Positions 63,079-64,000 of a DNA stretch of 64,000 nt are shown piece after piece (the stretch's first letter is position 1; every line of letters starts with the position of its first letter). The position numbers and the translations under genes are program-made. Origin of the DNA: Phyllobates terribilis (taxonomy: Eukaryota); assembly GCF_046119375.1 (NCBI RefSeq), contig NW_027362769.1:365862001-365926000 (forward strand), read 5' to 3'. Below the pieces are notes generated by a model. It saw only the letters and a list, made by a program, of their open reading frames with translations, was not told where the DNA came from and made no database searches.

Positions 63079-63442
63079 AGTGTTCAGACTGTTTTATTGG
63101 TATATACCTGTTTACTGTTGCTTGTAAATAATTATGTTTTTCCAGTTATTTTATAGGTGTCTTTTGTGGATTAACCGGAATTCTTTGTATATATGTTTGG
63201 AGCGTAACCCAGGAATGGACTAAGACTGCTAAAGACTCGGGGTAGGACAGATCCCCACCTGGTTACGGCTCCCTGTTCTTTGGTGAAATGGACACCCTTA
63301 TTGCTTCAAAAACTGCACCCGGTTGCGGACACGCTGTGACCGCCCTAACGTGTTTTCCCTTATTGTATTGTTCCTGTTTATACCCTGTTATGTTTTCAAA
63401 AATATGTTTAGTCCCGGAGTACTAAATTTTACTAGGGGGGAA

Positions 63443-64000
63443 TGTGGCACCCCAGGAGTCTGGTTACCACAGTAATAGCAATATTACGTCTGAGAGCAGG
63501 TGGGAGGTCTCCTGGTTAGGAACCCTAAGCATGCAACACTTCCTGCCCAGTCCTGGGAGGGGAAGAACTTCCCCTATATAAACTGGGGCTGAGGCGGGGT
63601 TAGAGGAGAAGAAGAGGAGTCCCAGACAGAGACACAGTCTGGTCTGGAGTGGAGCAGATACAGAGAGAGCAAGATCAGGAGCTATGTGGGAGCAGTGATA
63701 AAAGGGGTCAGAGACTGGAAGCTGTAGAGCTCGTCCTGACTGAAGAGATCTCACCGGACACGGAGTCCGAGGCAGTGGGGACTGATCCATACCCAGCAGC
63801 AGAAACCGACCGGCAGGGGATTTCAGGTCCTCTGGCCAAGAAACCCGAAGGCACGGTCACACGCAAGGGACCAGCACCGCCGTTGTGGAGCGGAGGCTAC
63901 CAGAAGGCCCCGAGTCACCGGCCATACGGGTGAGCACCACAGGGTACACTCAGGGACGTGGGCTACTTTTACCCGCTTCTAGCAAGGTAGCCAGGGAGAG
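63443..64000 (+). repeat. A2 3' LTR (partial)
   Basis: Matches 47806 onward with about six substitutions seen in 558 bp. Confidence 0.93.

Larger units (their letters stand above)
47806..64000 (+). mobile_element. Gypsy element A2 (A family), disrupted; runs past the window end
   Basis: 5' LTR 47806-48848; PBS 48853-48870; gag and pol homologous to A1; 3' LTR starts at 63443 after PPT AGGGGGGAA. Confidence 0.94.

Overview
Vertebrate genomic DNA. It is most likely an anuran amphibian, inferred from the frog-type H1 and the TE families present. Bases 1-7 kb hold a replication-dependent histone cluster: H2A(+), H4(-), H3.2(-), H1(-) and a 3'-truncated inverted H2A copy. All four intact genes have 3' stem-loops, and there is no H2B in the window. 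The rest is a deeply nested TE pile. It includes a non-autonomous Helitron (8272-11424) and a Penelope-like element split by a 15.4-kb hAT element. That hAT element hosts a non-autonomous LTR element, which in turn carries a Charlie-type MITE, a near-intact CR1 and a second Helitron. At 33.2 kb a decayed H4 gene has three LTR retrotransposons stacked in about 60 bp of its 3' end: an intact tRNA-Ser-primed Gypsy (A1), a reversed chromovirus (B) and a second A-family Gypsy (A2). A2 contains another chromovirus (C) and an inserted 447-bp tandem array. The strongest unusual signals are: (1) an ~18x tandem amplification of the U7-binding histone downstream element behind an H1 whose stem-loop is mismatched; (2) a 447-bp satellite array inserted as a block with an 11-bp target duplication; (3) clustered LTR insertions at an H4 3' end; (4) Helitrons carrying arrays of paired CCAAT plus CDE/CHR-like motifs; (5) a cold-shock-domain-like ORF in a non-autonomous LTR element; (6) a PBS echo inside three LTR families; (7) Tf1-type self-priming structures in both chromoviruses. 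All coordinates and comparisons were made by eye. No database searches were run.
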